A DNA stretch of 63,869 nucleotides, the filler included, from Licmophora abbreviata (lineage: Eukaryota), in NCBI GenBank assembly GCA_900291995.1. It is 10 parts of 10 records of this genome, joined end to end, with 100 filler letters (N's around TTAATTAATTAA, not from the genome) between each part and the next. Parts side by side here need not be neighbours in the genome. Positions count along the whole stretch, not along the records: positions 45,671 to 50,058 come from OLMU01001971.1; positions 50,159 to 58,177 come from OLMU01001974.1; positions 58,278 to 60,272 come from OLMU01001976.1; 7 more parts are not named here. One strand, written 5' to 3'. The notes beneath the pieces were generated by a model that searched no databases, was not told where the DNA came from, and saw nothing but the letters and a program-made list of their open reading frames with translations. Shown one piece after another: positions 47,778-60,209 of the stretch (within the stretch, counting starts at the first letter, position 1; every line of letters begins with the position of its first letter). The translations under genes were made by a program, and so were the position numbers.

Positions 47778-49298
47778 ATGGTCCGCGTGAAAGCAACCAC
47801 TCGTCGCGGCCGTGGGCGGGGCAAGGCGGACTTGAGTCTCATGTGCTTCCTTGTCGTGAGCTTTGCCGGCACGTCCATCGTGCTGAGCATTGCATGGCTC
47901 ATCTGGGAGCCGCAGGAATCACGGGATCTCAGCCTGGACACCATATCCTCTGGTACTAGTGGACACGAGAGTCCTAAGGTTGACTCCGCGATAAGCCAGC
48001 CACAAGCAGACATGTCCAACACGATCGCCTATGCCATTACAATCACGGGCTGTGGCGCCGAGCCCATCACGGACGGAGCTGCCGTTCTCAAACATTCCAT
48101 TCACCTGGCCTCCTCTCGGGGCCCCAACGGGGGAAAATACGATTATAAGATGTACGCCATTGTTCATCCCAACGGCATGCAGTGCGCAAATGTTCTCAAA
48201 GATGTAGGCTATACTATTCTCGAGAGAGACACGCCCGTTCAAGTCAAAGATATCAAGGGAGATTTTCTGCGAGAACGAATCGAACGCAACGGATGTTGTG
48301 GCGAAAAGGAACTCGTCAAGCTCGAAGCTTACACACTCGTACAACACCCTGTCGTCGTTCACCTTGATCTCGATACTCTGGTTCTCAAACCTCTTGATAG
48401 TCTCTTTGATTCCATTATTCAAGCCCCCGGGCCCAACCTGCACTCGGAGATCCATACATATTGGAAGGATACACCTATTCCCGATCGTATCGAGGCATAT
48501 TTTACAAGGGATTACAACATGGTTAGACCACAGCGAAAGAATAAACCTGTGCAAGGGGGGTTTCTCGTCATTCGACCGAGCATGGACACCTATCGTGAAT
48601 TCGTCGACATTGTTACCGAGGGCAATTTCAAACAAGGTACGTCTGCCGTATCTTTTTCGTTTCGTCTCTTATCTAGATTATTGACCGATGTTCTGCTTCT
48701 GTTCTACAGGCGGTGGGTGGGGAGGAGTCACCTCACAGTTCTACGGAGCCATGACCTTCCAAGGTCTCATTCCCTACTTTTACGATCACTTGCATCCCGG
48801 AACGGCAGTAGAGCTCAACCGGTGTGTGTATAACCAAATGGCAGACAACCCGAGGGATAAGAAAACTGTCAATGAGGTTGTACAGGGAAATTGCCGAGAC
48901 GGAAGAGATGAATGCGAAGACTGCAGAGAGAGGCCACTTGAGGACATCTTTACTCTTCACTACACGCTATGTTTCAAGCCCTGGCACTGTCTGCCTCATG
49001 ACAATGGTGCGATCCAGCACCGGCTTTGTCGTCAAGTTCATCGGGAGTGGTACCGCATAAGGTCTGACCTTGAAAAAACATGGGGGAGAAGCGGCCGTGG
49101 TAGAGGCTCTTTTCAGGTGGAGCAGTTTTTCGGGTCGTGTACTACGAAAGGTAAGTGAATGAATGCTCGGTGGGTCTTTTGATTGTTCGTGGAATATCGT
49201 GCTCATGAGTGCCGATCAAACGCAAATATTCCTCAGGATTCAAGGGATATCTGACAATAGAACAGCCCTATGGACCCGCCACATCGCCAAGACTCTGA
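47778..49298 (+). CDS. GT8-like glycosyltransferase, type II membrane, 3 exons
   Basis: DGAAVLKHSI, ELVKLEAYTL, VVHLDLDTLVLKPLD, QGGFLVIRPS, TFQGLIPYFY, LHYTLCFKPW. Confidence 0.85.
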
Positions 49299-49432
49299 AA
49301 ACTAGCTAGAAGAAAACTAAATCGACAGTTGCCTAACGGCGTCATGCCGCTGTCACTATGAGCAGTGTTAGAACGGTGACGCCTGCTTGTAGCCGGAGGA
49401 TCTGCACCTTGTAGCCACGAGCCAAAGTCCCT

Positions 49433-50024
49433 CTAGGAGTAAGAAAGAACTTCGATTTCGAAAACGAGGTCAGAGTTTGGCATGATCCCCCAAGCTGGGA
49501 AGCCCTTCTGGCCATACGCATAGTCTGGGGAGCAATGTATCTTCGCAACTTCGCCGATCGACATGGCAATGACGCTCTCATCCCAGCCCTGCGTTTCGAG
49601 TTCGGAATCATGCAGCAGCAGTAGGTGAGTAGGAGTACCAGTAGTTGACAAGAGTCGCACGGCCCTCACGATGGACCCAGACAACCATCCAGTCACCTGT
49701 CAAGTCAATAGGAGCACCCGTGGTACTGTGGAAGATCTAGCTCACCTTGATTACTTCGCTCATACCAACCCGGAAGGTAAATGGCTCTTGCCCGGGATCC
49801 TTTGGAGAAAGCGACGATACAGATCAAAGGAACACCCGTGAGCAAGAGACGCGCGCACCAACCAAGCGTTTGCAATACCCCTCACTGTACTGTACCTTGG
49901 TCGACCAAAACTTCTGAGCAAGATCGCGATTCTTGCCGTATCCGGTACAATGAACAGTCACATTCTGCCCTTTCCTTGGCAGAGCGCCATTTCCCGCGCG
50001 AAGAATTGTCTTTGTGAAACCCAT
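49433..50024 (-). CDS. FKBP12: FKBP12-type peptidyl-prolyl isomerase, 3 exons
   Basis: GQNVTVHCTGYG...KFWSTK|DPGQEPFTFRVGMSEVIK|GWDESV...CSPDYAYGQKGFPAWGIMPNSDLVFEIEVL. Confidence 0.95.
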
Positions 50025-52613
50025 AGCGATACTGGTATAAACTAGTGCGAGGATATCANNNNNNNNNNNNNNNNNNNNNNNNNNNNNNNNNNNNNNNNNN
50101 NNTTAATTAATTAANNNNNNNNNNNNNNNNNNNNNNNNNNNNNNNNNNNNNNNNNNNNGTCCGTTTTGATCTTAAGCAGACTGGCATCAGCGGACAGACC
50201 AATGGAGGACAGGAGAAGTTCCCATTTTAGTAAGTGGCAATGGGAATGTGCGGACAGGAGGTCCGAAACGGGAACGCAACCAACTCGAGAAAATTTGATC
50301 TTTGCGAAGGTCTCTCATTCTTTTGAAATAATCACATCATAAGACAGTTTGATTGACTCTTCTCTCGGATCAGCTCAAGTTCACATCACTGTAGACGTGA
50401 AGCGTGTATCGAATTGAAGGTTCGACAGTTAGAACTTGCGACTGCTGTAAAATCGTTAGAAGCTTATGTTCTTTTTTACAAAGATTTTCAAGTCATTTTT
50501 TGATATTGTTCACGTCTTGTAGTGGCTTGGTGGAACGAATGTCTGGTGAATAATCGTCTCGTCAAGATGTTTGTTCTTTGTTAAAATGATACAAAGAGCA
50601 GTCGTCGTTGTTCTTGTCGTCCTCATTATCTTCTTTGTCGTCAAGTAAGTGTTTGTGATTGTATTGCGGTGATTCTCGAACTGCTTTTGTAATAGCAGCA
50701 ATATTTCTGCCTACAAAGTTTTTTCGGAGCGAGGAGCTCCAAGTTGCCTCATCGTCCTTGAGATTTCAGTTGTGCAAATGCCAGAGTGCGCCAGTCAGTT
50801 ATGTGAAACTTCTTCGACCGCACCTGTATCGACGATTAATATTTCTATCGCATGAGCATATCAGATTCCTCGCTCTACACACGACGCACTGTGTCACAAG
50901 TTGCTTCTCTACTTAAAACAATTTTATCCCTGAGATGGGAAAAATCGAGATGAGCTAACGTACGGTACTGCGGCAGCATTTTCGATAGCGAGCAATCTTC
51001 GCGAAACTGAACACAATAAAAGTGAACCTCTTACGGGTTGGAAGATTGATGATTAATTTCTGTTGCGAACAGCCGGAGATGGATATAAGTAATAAATATG
51101 AAATCCAGTGACATTTAGACCAAGGGAACTGCACTCATTCCTGAAAAACATTAATTGCAGACTCGACCTCTACTAGCTGTCGGCACATATTGAGAAGGCA
51201 CAGAATAGTTGATTCACAGAAGAGGGTTTTGAAGCATAGCTGTTGCATACATGGGTGAATTTAGTATCCAGAAGGACAAGGTGCTCTGTATGCGTACTGC
51301 GCGCAGACTCATCTCTTTAAGAAGTCGCACTGTTCAAATCACTCTGCTTGCAGAGCTTATATATGTCGGCGTTCTCGAATTTACTGCAAATAGCGAATAG
51401 ACTAGCGGGTCCTTTCCTCTGAACCGCTGTGCTCATTATCCGCTAGGCCCATGGAAGGAGACTTTGCTTATTGAGCGTCATACTAATTTCCACAAACATC
51501 TACTTGGTATCTCTGTGACAGATGGTAAAACTGTCATTTGTTGTGGCATACGGTAGTACCAGACACTTCTTTGGAAGATCTGACCACATTTTTGTGGGAA
51601 TCCCAAGTCGGAGTAGTGATCTGTTTCGCTGAAACTTTGCAATCAACAGTATGGCCACCTTGCTGTGGTGCGGCAGCTCAATAGTGTTGCAGCAGAATGG
51701 ACTGACGGGACTTATAGCATCGGTCTCCACTTTTGGGAATGTAGAAGAATGCGACATACGCTCGACATATGACTACATGTCCAGTGTCAACATTGGGAAC
51801 TCACTCAGCTGAGCTCCCGCGCCCTGTAGTGTCCGAGCAGCGTAAGAACTGACGAAAATTTGGTGGAGGAGTATGAGAGCAGCGGAAACATCGATCCTCG
51901 ATGACAGGAAGTAGACAGGGGCGGCTTTGGCTCGAGCATCCACCGGATCAGTCAAGAAGATCCCATCACGAGTGAACCATTGGCGGAAGAACCGCAAAAC
52001 GCGGAATGAGTCGGTCCGGAGCTCTGACATCGGCAAATGCCTGGTCCCACTGTACAAGTACAGACTGTACAAGTACAGGCGAAAGGCGTGGCGAAATATG
52101 AAAGTCTACTTGATTGCCTTCGCAAAATCCCTTGTTGGCAGCTAGGTGCAGTCGCGGCATACACAACTCACATCTACTCCTTTCTCCTGCAGAAGATTTA
52201 CGACACTTTCAAGTATCTTGGCCTTGTCCAAATAGCAGATGCAAAATGTTTTCAAGTGCAAGATATCTTCACCTGGCACTGTGGCGATTATTTGCTTCGG
52301 GCTCTTGGTGTTGCTAGCGTCGTTGTTGATCCAAGCCGTCTCATACTACTACCACATGATTGTGGGTGATGCCAACTGAGATTTTGCCAACTTCCAATGA
52401 TTTTTTCGGTGCCCCTGACTGACTCCAGGAGCTCGACTTCCTATCAAAATTCGTACCAGCAGTCCCTTTCTATTTTAGCAAGTAGATTGATTTGTCTTCT
52501 ACGAGCAGGTGCGCGATCCACACACCAGAAACCAGAAGTGAGCCACAATTAGCAGTGAAAACCGAAGCTGACTCGCCCCGTACAATCCCCAAATTTGCGT
52601 ATAACAGCAACGA

Positions 52614-53627
52614 CTACAAGAGATGAGCCATGGACGGCGATGCAATATCAGAAGACAGACGTTCTTCAGCGGGTATGTATCTGTACTGAATCTCTTCATC
52701 CTCCTCATCGTCCTCTTCTTCTGCAGCGAGCACAATGGAACACGTCTGACTTCGCTTCCAGACAGAAATAGTATCTTGCACGTGAAGCCAGCAAGTGAGT
52801 TGTGCCTTCAACAAGCAGTGGTACTCTGTAGCAAGGCGTTGCTGGAAGTCGGCGCCAGAAGAGCGCCCCCATGGTGCCTGATCCATGGATGGGGTGTCAC
52901 CATATAGTTCGCCTAAGAGTAAAATAACATTGAATCGAGACCATTTGGCTGTGAGCTCATCATGGACGTACGTACTAGGATGTGTCGACGACGACAGCCT
53001 CTTACCTACGTGAAGTATATGCTCGCCTCGAAAGTGGTCGAGGCAGGATGCGCCCAGACTCTGGGGTCCTATTTCAGAATCACAAGTTTCAGTGTGTTCG
53101 TCTGGATAGCAAAGAAACAAGGTGCGACCCGAGCAAAGAGCATTTGAAGACAAGACCTCTGGACCTCCTTGCCGTACAATGGAATTCTCCCCATCTGCTG
53201 CTCGTTCCCCAGTGAGCCTCCCGCCATGCGACGGGTTCGAGTCGAAGCCAATACAGTCGATTCCTGCCTCGATCATAATCCGACACCAGTACGCGTTCGC
53301 ACCGCATCCACATTCCACAATAGGGGCAAAATACCTCAGGATTCGAATGGCACGATCATCCGGTGTTGCCCACGAGAATGTGTCAATAAGTTCCTCTCCA
53401 ATGTCCGCCTGCCGCATCCATATCTCAGCACGACGTTCAGGACTAATGGATGTGGAAAAGAAGTCTTGCCTCTCTTCTTTCGTGAGCGACTGGAGCAGCG
53501 CACGCTGCCTGGCAAGGAGGGGATTTGGAACGGGTGTCGATGCTGCTGTGTCAACCTCCTGGTGCTTCCTCTCGGGCTGTCCTCTCGTTTCTTCTGATAC
53601 TTTCTGCTTTTTGTTTTGTTCTCCCAT
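52614..53627 (-). CDS. Class I SAM-dependent methyltransferase-like protein (one in-frame intron)
   Basis: FSWATP, IVECGCGANAYW (motif I-like), IGFD, TLFLCYPD, LHVG|ELYG. Confidence 0.7.
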   Translation of the reverse strand: MGEQNKKQKVSEETRGQPERKHQEVDTAASTPVPNPLLARQRALLQSLTKEERQDFFSTSISPERRAEIWMRQADIGEELIDTFSWATPDDRAIRILRYFAPIVECGCGANAYWCRIMIEAGIDCIGFDSNPSHGGRLTGERAADGENSIVRQGGPEVLSSNALCSGRTLFLCYPDEHTETCDSEIGPQSLGASCLDHFRGEHILHVGKRLSSSTHPSTYVHDELTAKWSRFNVILLLGELYGDTPSMDQAPWGRSSGADFQQRLATEYHCLLKAQLTCWLHVQDTISVWKRSQTCSIVLAAEEEDDEEDEEIQYRYIPAEERLSSDIASPSMAHLL

Positions 53628-54295
53628 CGTAAGACACCGACGAGAGAATGGACGCTTCCTCTAAAGTCAAAGAGTAGCAATCAAGAGCATCAAAAACTCT
53701 GCCTGGTACAAATGCATACATCCTGGATCACAAGACTGATGAAGAAACTGGAAGTTTGTGTCTGCTGTTGTTGAATGATCACCTAACTTCTGTATACTGT
53801 AAAAAATCACGTATCCGTTGTCTCCTGCATCATAAACATATTCAAGACATCACGATATTAATGACTTAATACGGGTTGAGGAGCTGACTATTTTTATTGT
53901 AGACTCTTATTGGAAACTATATTGACTCATGAACATGCTAAATAGAATAGAAATCTTCGGCAATGAAGACAAATATTCGAACTTGCCAAAGCAATCTTGC
54001 GATTTTGCACCACAGTCGTTTCACACAAACTAGCAACACAAACGACGAGAATGGCCTCTCCATATTTCATATGATATTGAAATAATACCGCATACTTGGC
54101 ACTGAATTCCTTCTTGCTACTCTGTATCGTTCAACCGACAATGGTGAAACCAATCTCTACAATGAATTTTGAGCTGGGTCATGGCAGGAAGCTGTCCACG
54201 ACGTCGCCGTCGGTATTCAAGTAGGCGCCGGTCATGGAGCGCACCATGCAAAGGAGTTCGTAGTGGACTATTTTGTTAATCCCATCTTGAGCTCA

Positions 54296-55321
54296 ATGGG
54301 CGTTTCGCTTGAAGAAGACAGGCCTGAGCCAAGCGATGGACTCAAGGTCATCGGTGTGGGCTATGGTCGGACAGGGACGGTACGTATTCTTGTATTCTTT
54401 CTCAGTTTCTCCTCGCTATAACCCTAACCCCAACTGGCTTGGTTACTCTGATATCACGCTCACCACTTTCATCGCATTGTGTATTTACCCCAGTACTCTT
54501 TGACGCTCGCCCTGGAAGAGCTTGGAATCCCGACGCTTCACACGCAGCATCTCTACGAGCACCAGGATGTGTTCCAAATGTGGGCCCGAGAGGTCTTTGA
54601 ACCTTCCTTTGAAGAAAATGATGCCAAGCTCCGCTCACCAGACTTTGATATCATCACCGAGGCTGGCTTTGAGGCAACCTGTGATCTGCCGATGGCCCTG
54701 TACTTTGAACAGATCTACGAAAAGTACCCTGATTGCAAATTCATCTTGACGACCAGAGACAACTCACAGGTTTGGTTCAGATCCTGGGACACACTCACCA
54801 AGTCTATTACCCAGCCAGTGCACTACTTTGCCTTTATTCCGAATGTCAAACAGCTGAACCAATATTTTCGGTGGCTCTTCTCTTATGTCAATAAAGACAA
54901 TATGTACCTCACTGTTCCCACGCCCCTCCCGAACCAGAACCGGGAGGCATCGATCAACTCGTACGAGGAGCACAATCGGCGGGTCCGGGAGTTTATTCCG
55001 TTGAATCAGTTGTTGGAATACAATGTCAAGCAGGGCTGGGAGCCGCTTTGCCAGTTTCTTGAGATTGAGAACTGTCCGACGACACCTTTCCCCAGAAGCA
55101 ACAACTCGCGATCCCTTAAAGTCCAGACTGTGTCAGGCATGGTGGTGCCTTTGGTAGTGGTACTTTTTGTCATCTTTGGACTTTTCTCCTACGTTTTCCA
55201 GCGAGCGACAGGCAAGACTGTTTTACATTGGGTCAACTGGAAGTTCGCCTGTGCCATGCGGTATCTGAGGGAGGTGGCGACGAGCGAAGAGTCAGCCATG
55301 AAGACGAAGAAAAGCATGTAA
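54296..55321 (+). CDS. Sulfotransferase-family protein (Sulfotransfer_4-like) with C-terminal TM, 2 exons; true start uncertain
   Basis: LKVIGVGYGRTGT|YSLTLALEELG, ATCDLP, YPDCKFILTTRD...W, YEEHNRRV, GWEPLCQFL, PFPRSN. Confidence 0.85.
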
Positions 55322-55532
55322 TATTGTGCTGATTTTTTTATCGAGAGGAAGCAGGAATGAATGCTGCGCTGAGGGGCGCTTTAGATGTTATATAATGTTC
55401 AGAGAGACTCATTGCGCTTGTATGGCTCCTTGCAAAGTTGCGAAGACATCATATGAATGCCGACGGGCAGATCTACACTACAAAACATACATGCTACGAT
55501 TGCGGTAACCAAATCTATAAATTGCTCCGTCT

Positions 55533-56318
55533 TTACGCCTTCTTCACAACACCAACTTCGGCAGGCCTTATGACGCGACTGTTAAGCATGAATCCAGGCT
55601 TCATTACTTGTCCGATAGTGCCAGCCTCTTTTTCCGGATCAGGGTATTCAAACAGAGCATCGTGTTTGTTGGGGTCGAACTTGTCTCCCTTTTCTCCGTA
55701 CTTGATCAATCCATTTTTGTCAAAGGCTTTGATGAGTCCAGTTTCTGTCATCTGAATGCCTTCATAGAGCGTAGCCAGTACAGGATGGCCTTCCTTGTCA
55801 GCCGTCATGTCTTCCGGTACAGCTCCCAAAGCGCGTTCGAGGTTGTCCGCAGTGTCCAATAGACTTTTCGCAAACGACGTGACTGCAAAGTCACGTGCAG
55901 CCTGGATATCACGCTTCGCAATCGCTCGAATATTCTCTTGCTCGGCCAAGCTTCGCACCCACTGATCCTTCATTTTCTGTACTTGCTTCTTGAGGTCCTC
56001 GACCTCATCGTCAAGCGTGTTGTCCTCGAGAGTCAGGTCTTCCTCCTCTTCGGCAGTCAGGTCTTCCTCCTCTTCTACTTCTCCTACTTTCTCATCATCG
56101 GGAGGAGCAGGAGCTTCAGTCTTCTTGGCTTCTTCACTAAAAAATCGAGGGAATGTGTACTCCAACGACATGGACGGTACCAGCACAGTCGGCGCAGACG
56201 AGCGGAGAGCTGCAGGAGGTCCAGAGCGATGAGCGTTCGAGAGTCCTTTCGTCCGCACCAGCGCGTGTAAGCGTCGTGAAGTGGCTCTACTAGAGACGAA
56301 TCGAGTCGACAGAGACAT
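55533..56318 (-). CDS. grpE: Mitochondrial GrpE nucleotide exchange factor
   Basis: Arg/Ser-rich presequence; RSLAEQENIR, FAKSLLDTADNLERAL, FDPNKHDAL, GFMLNSRVIRPAEVGV. Confidence 0.95.
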   Translation of the reverse strand: MSLSTRFVSSRATSRRLHALVRTKGLSNAHRSGPPAALRSSAPTVLVPSMSLEYTFPRFFSEEAKKTEAPAPPDDEKVGEVEEEEDLTAEEEEDLTLEDNTLDDEVEDLKKQVQKMKDQWVRSLAEQENIRAIAKRDIQAARDFAVTSFAKSLLDTADNLERALGAVPEDMTADKEGHPVLATLYEGIQMTETGLIKAFDKNGLIKYGEKGDKFDPNKHDALFEYPDPEKEAGTIGQVMKPGFMLNSRVIRPAEVGVVKKA

Positions 56319-56691
56319 GGTAGCAAAGGAAAGTAAACAAAAAGCAACAAGGACGACGGAGACACGATGCATGAATGACAACGACAACGCGTTCATCCAC
56401 ACAGCGATGACGAAAGAGAGACGAAGAAAGCGATGCGTGGTCGTCAGCATCCGGTGGAGAGACAGACAGGCTATTGTAGTCGAGCGGGTCGATCACAACA
56501 TCGGTTCCTCCTGCGCGCGCGGTGTCTTTCAAAAGACACATCACACTTTGAACATGGGACGTTCGGCCATGGGCTGAATATCATCGCACAGAGACTACAG
56601 CATGTCGAATGTGGGGCTTGACGATGGGATGGCTTCATTCTAGAGATACGTATAAGCAATGAGACGGAAAAGAGAGGAATCGGAAGAGAAA

Positions 56692-58088
56692 ATGGGATTT
56701 AAGAGAGACGTCTGCTTCCTCAGTCTGGCCGTTGTGTTTGCGTCATTGCTCGTACGGCACTGGCTCGCGACGCCATCAGATCCTCAGGAAGCTTTCATTC
56801 ATTGGTTTAACGAGAATGGTGGCTACATTTCACCCAAAGTGACTCTGACTCACTTTGGACAAGATGGAAACGGTCTCGTGTCTGTATCCGGCTCAGTCTC
56901 CAAGAACGAAGAGATTCTCGTCATTCCCGCAAACTGCAGATTCTTGCCACCAGCATTTCCTCCCATATCCCCCAGACACAACTGAACGCGCTCGTTCGTG
57001 GCGTCAACAGCGTGATCCCCTCGCCTCTGGAACAGCAGGACGTATTGATTGCCTTGAAACTCATGCTGGAATGCTCGCTTGGACCATCATCCTTCCATTA
57101 TCCGTACATGGAACTGCTTCCCGATGCCGTACCTCGCCTCGATACATTCCAGGCGGACGAGTTACACATACTACAAGATTCTCAGCTACATCGACTAGCC
57201 CGCTTTTCCCTGTCTCAGCTCGAGAAAGTATTTACAGAGCCGGTTCAAACAGTCGTGCTCACTGCAACCTCTTCCATGGGAGTGTCGCCGGACTTAGTCC
57301 AGTCCTGTTGCAGCTTTTCCTCATTTCATAGATTCGTGGCTCTGGCAAGTTCTCGCTCTATGATCCTGGACGGCGTAAAACATCTCACACCAATGGCCGA
57401 CATGATCAATCATGCGCCCCGGGAGGAAACCGTGGGTGATACGTTTCTGTCGTACCACAGGCTTGACGATTCTGGTGCGATTCATGTTGCTGCCGATCGC
57501 TCGGTTCCAAGCGTCAGTCAAATACACGAAGAGTACGGGACGCTTGACAACAGCCTCTATCTCTTGGCGTTTGGATTTGTCCCAGTCGACAACCCACACC
57601 ATTGTGCGACGATCCCGGCAGACTACTTGCCTGAGATTGACGATGCAAGCGTGCAACGCGCGGCAGAAGTGCTTGGCACCCACAGGGAGCCAATATGTGT
57701 CAACAGCGAAGGGTCGCTTCTCGAAGAGTCCGACTATCTACTGCTTTTTAGCCTCCAACACTATCCTGACCGACTGGAGAAATGTACGATTGCAGTGAAA
57801 AGTGGCGACAATCAACAAGTGAAGAACGTCTGCCTATCGAAATCAAACGACGATCGAATGAGATTTCAAACAATCCTAATTGAGGCGGCGAATGCTGTCT
57901 TGAGGGCTTCTAGTACAACTTTGAAAGAAGACAGAGTATTGCTTTTAAATATTCAAGAAGGAGAGGATGCAAGGATCCAGAAGCAACTCGCATTGCGTTA
58001 TCGAATCGAGGAGAAGAAAGTGCTCCACGAACTTGTGAACAGAATGCCTCGGCGTTCATACAGTAATCTGATTCATGAGCTAGTCTAA
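56692..58088 (+). CDS. SET-domain (Rubisco-LSMT/SETD3-like) lysine methyltransferase with N-terminal signal or anchor; apparent frameshift near 56931
   Basis: FIHWFNENGG, GNGLVS, ILVIP, PYMELLP, LTPMADMINH, EEYG...NSLYLLAFGFV..DNPH, TTLKED, ALRYRIEEKKVL. Confidence 0.85.
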
Positions 58089-58277
58089 TCGACATCGTCA
58101 TAATCTACATTGGTTCCGATCTCGTTGGCCGTCGAAGCAGCAGGGAGAGCCAGCAATTTGCCTCTCACTGAGTCCTCNNNNNNNNNNNNNNNNNNNNNNN
58201 NNNNNNNNNNNNNNNNNNNNNTTAATTAATTAANNNNNNNNNNNNNNNNNNNNNNNNNNNNNNNNNNNNNNNNNNNN

Positions 58278-58930
58278 TCGTCTTGATTGTCCTGAATATA
58301 CTGAATAGATAAGAAACGTGCCAACAACAGTTCCAAGGTGGGCCTAGACGGCTGAGAATCGTCACCATCGGGTACAACCTCTGCAGAAGAAACCGCCTCC
58401 TCGGGCAGCGTGCGGCCGACCAGTTCAACAGCCCCGCGTTCTTGCCTCGTGAAATTCGCCAATAGCGCCATGGAATAGTTCACTCGCTTCCTCCACGACT
58501 CCTCGCTTTCACCTTCTCGTCTGGACAAAACAATTTCCGTCATTCGACTCAGGGCCCTGGCATCCAAGCAATCTTCGACGCACTGCGTGGCACTGGGCCC
58601 ACGTGACGACAACTGTAACAAGGCTAAGAGAGCAGTGACTCCGATTGGTCCCGGGCGCGAACAGTTTCTAGCGAGGGGACTCACGACCCCATGCTTGATC
58701 ACCTTTTCCATTTCATCACTATGAGAAAAGAAAGCGAGACAACAACGGTGAGGGACTGTGTATGATTTGAGGATTGCGTTCGAGAGAGGCCTGGAAAGTC
58801 GAGTCTCCACTACGTACCGATCTTTCATGCCGGCGACCGCGTTCACTGCTGCAAGTCGCAGATCATCTCTGTCGGACTTCAGGAATCCAACAAGATCATC
58901 GTATACCTTGGCTTCGTCTTGGCCTGACAT
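58278..58930 (-). CDS. HGH1: HGH1-like (eEF2 chaperone) N-terminal part, 3' end lost in gap
   Basis: DDLVGFLKSDRDDLRLAAV, ALLALLQLS, MALLANFTR...GA, LLLARFL. Confidence 0.7.
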
Positions 58931-59207
58931 GGTATTTTTACGTCTCTTGTCGATCCAAGAAGCACCGCAAAACTGTGTCACCCGTCGGAAGTCGGCATGA
59001 ATGAGAATGAGTGGCGATGTGTTACGTGACAAGAAGTTCGAAACTCGAGGATCATCATGTACGTGTCACGGCCAGACCGTTCCCGCCAAAACGACGGGCT
59101 GGCGCGCGCCGATTCGAAACATACTGCGCCGCCGTAGAAGCAACGCAAATGGATTCTACGACGATTTGTTTCTCACTTTTTCTTTGTTGTCATCATTGCA
59201 TCCGACC

Positions 59208-60209
59208 ATGAGCTCGAGAAACGCCGTCACTCCTCACTCCGTAGGATCCGTCCACATCTCATCCATGGAGAACATGGCAGCCTCTATCTTGGACGCCCTC
59301 AAGTCGAGTCCCGTCGATGTAGACATGCGTGACGACGACAGCGTGTCGGACTACGAAGACGAGGTGGAACTACGCGATATGGCCCCCGTGGACGCCGCCT
59401 ACTGCAAGGATGAGCCGCCCACGCTTCATCAGCAGAAGCACGTTCTCCAGGAAGCGACTCTCGATGATTGCGTTGTCTCCAAGAGACCCATGCTTGTAGG
59501 AAGAAAGGGTGGCTTCTCCAAACTGGCCTCCATCAAGGGCATGAAGACGAAAGAGATCCACCGTGACGCCCTTGTCATCTTCTGTTCCTCGATTGGAATC
59601 TACTTTCCGACTAGCAAGTACATCTCGAAGGCAGCAGTGTGTGAGACCATTCTCGCTCGCATCTCCGTCGAGAAAGCCGCTCGAAAGCGCTCCGTTGTGA
59701 CCAGCGAGCACCGGCGTACCAAGAAGCAGAAGAGCCGCGTCGATCGCTTCGACTCGGTCGAGCTTGTGCCCAGAGATTATCTCCCGATGGAGGAAGACAA
59801 CTCGGACGACCTTACTCCTAGAACGTTGAACTTCAGCGAGCTCATTGGAGCTGTGAACAACGTCATTCAGATCGCCCAGCCCCATGGACTCACCGATGCC
59901 ATTGCACCGGAGGCCTCTTCCACCCGTGGCGTTTCCACGTCCTCAACCCGCCGCATGATTCTTAGCACCGTTGCTTCGCTCGCTGAAAATGCCAAGGTCG
60001 TTCTCCAAAGTTCCAAGACCCAAGAGGAGATCCTCAAGGCCAGGCTCTCTCAGAGCACACTCCAGCTCTACACTGAGACTGGCGACCGCATTCTCGCCCT
60101 CGAGTCAAAGATTGCAGGACAAGGGAACGTCGCGACCGCCAATCAGAAGGAAGATCTCCAAGTCTTGAAGGCCCACAAGCAGCGTGTCAAGGCTACGCTT
60201 CTCCCCTGA
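59208..60209 (+). CDS. Hypothetical protein, 333 aa, with basic NLS-like segment and C-terminal coiled coil
   Basis: Intact ORF with C-ending codon bias; HRRTKKQK. Confidence 0.7.
   Translation: MSSRNAVTPHSVGSVHISSMENMAASILDALKSSPVDVDMRDDDSVSDYEDEVELRDMAPVDAAYCKDEPPTLHQQKHVLQEATLDDCVVSKRPMLVGRKGGFSKLASIKGMKTKEIHRDALVIFCSSIGIYFPTSKYISKAAVCETILARISVEKAARKRSVVTSEHRRTKKQKSRVDRFDSVELVPRDYLPMEEDNSDDLTPRTLNFSELIGAVNNVIQIAQPHGLTDAIAPEASSTRGVSTSSTRRMILSTVASLAENAKVVLQSSKTQEEILKARLSQSTLQLYTETGDRILALESKIAGQGNVATANQKEDLQVLKAHKQRVKATLLP

Noticed and set aside
56030..56075. EEEEDLT duplication in GrpE
   Set aside because: Ordinary slippage in the disordered acidic N-terminal linker.
58070..58088. C-terminal HELV of the SET protein as an ER-retention signal
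   Set aside because: Does not end in xDEL or xEEL.
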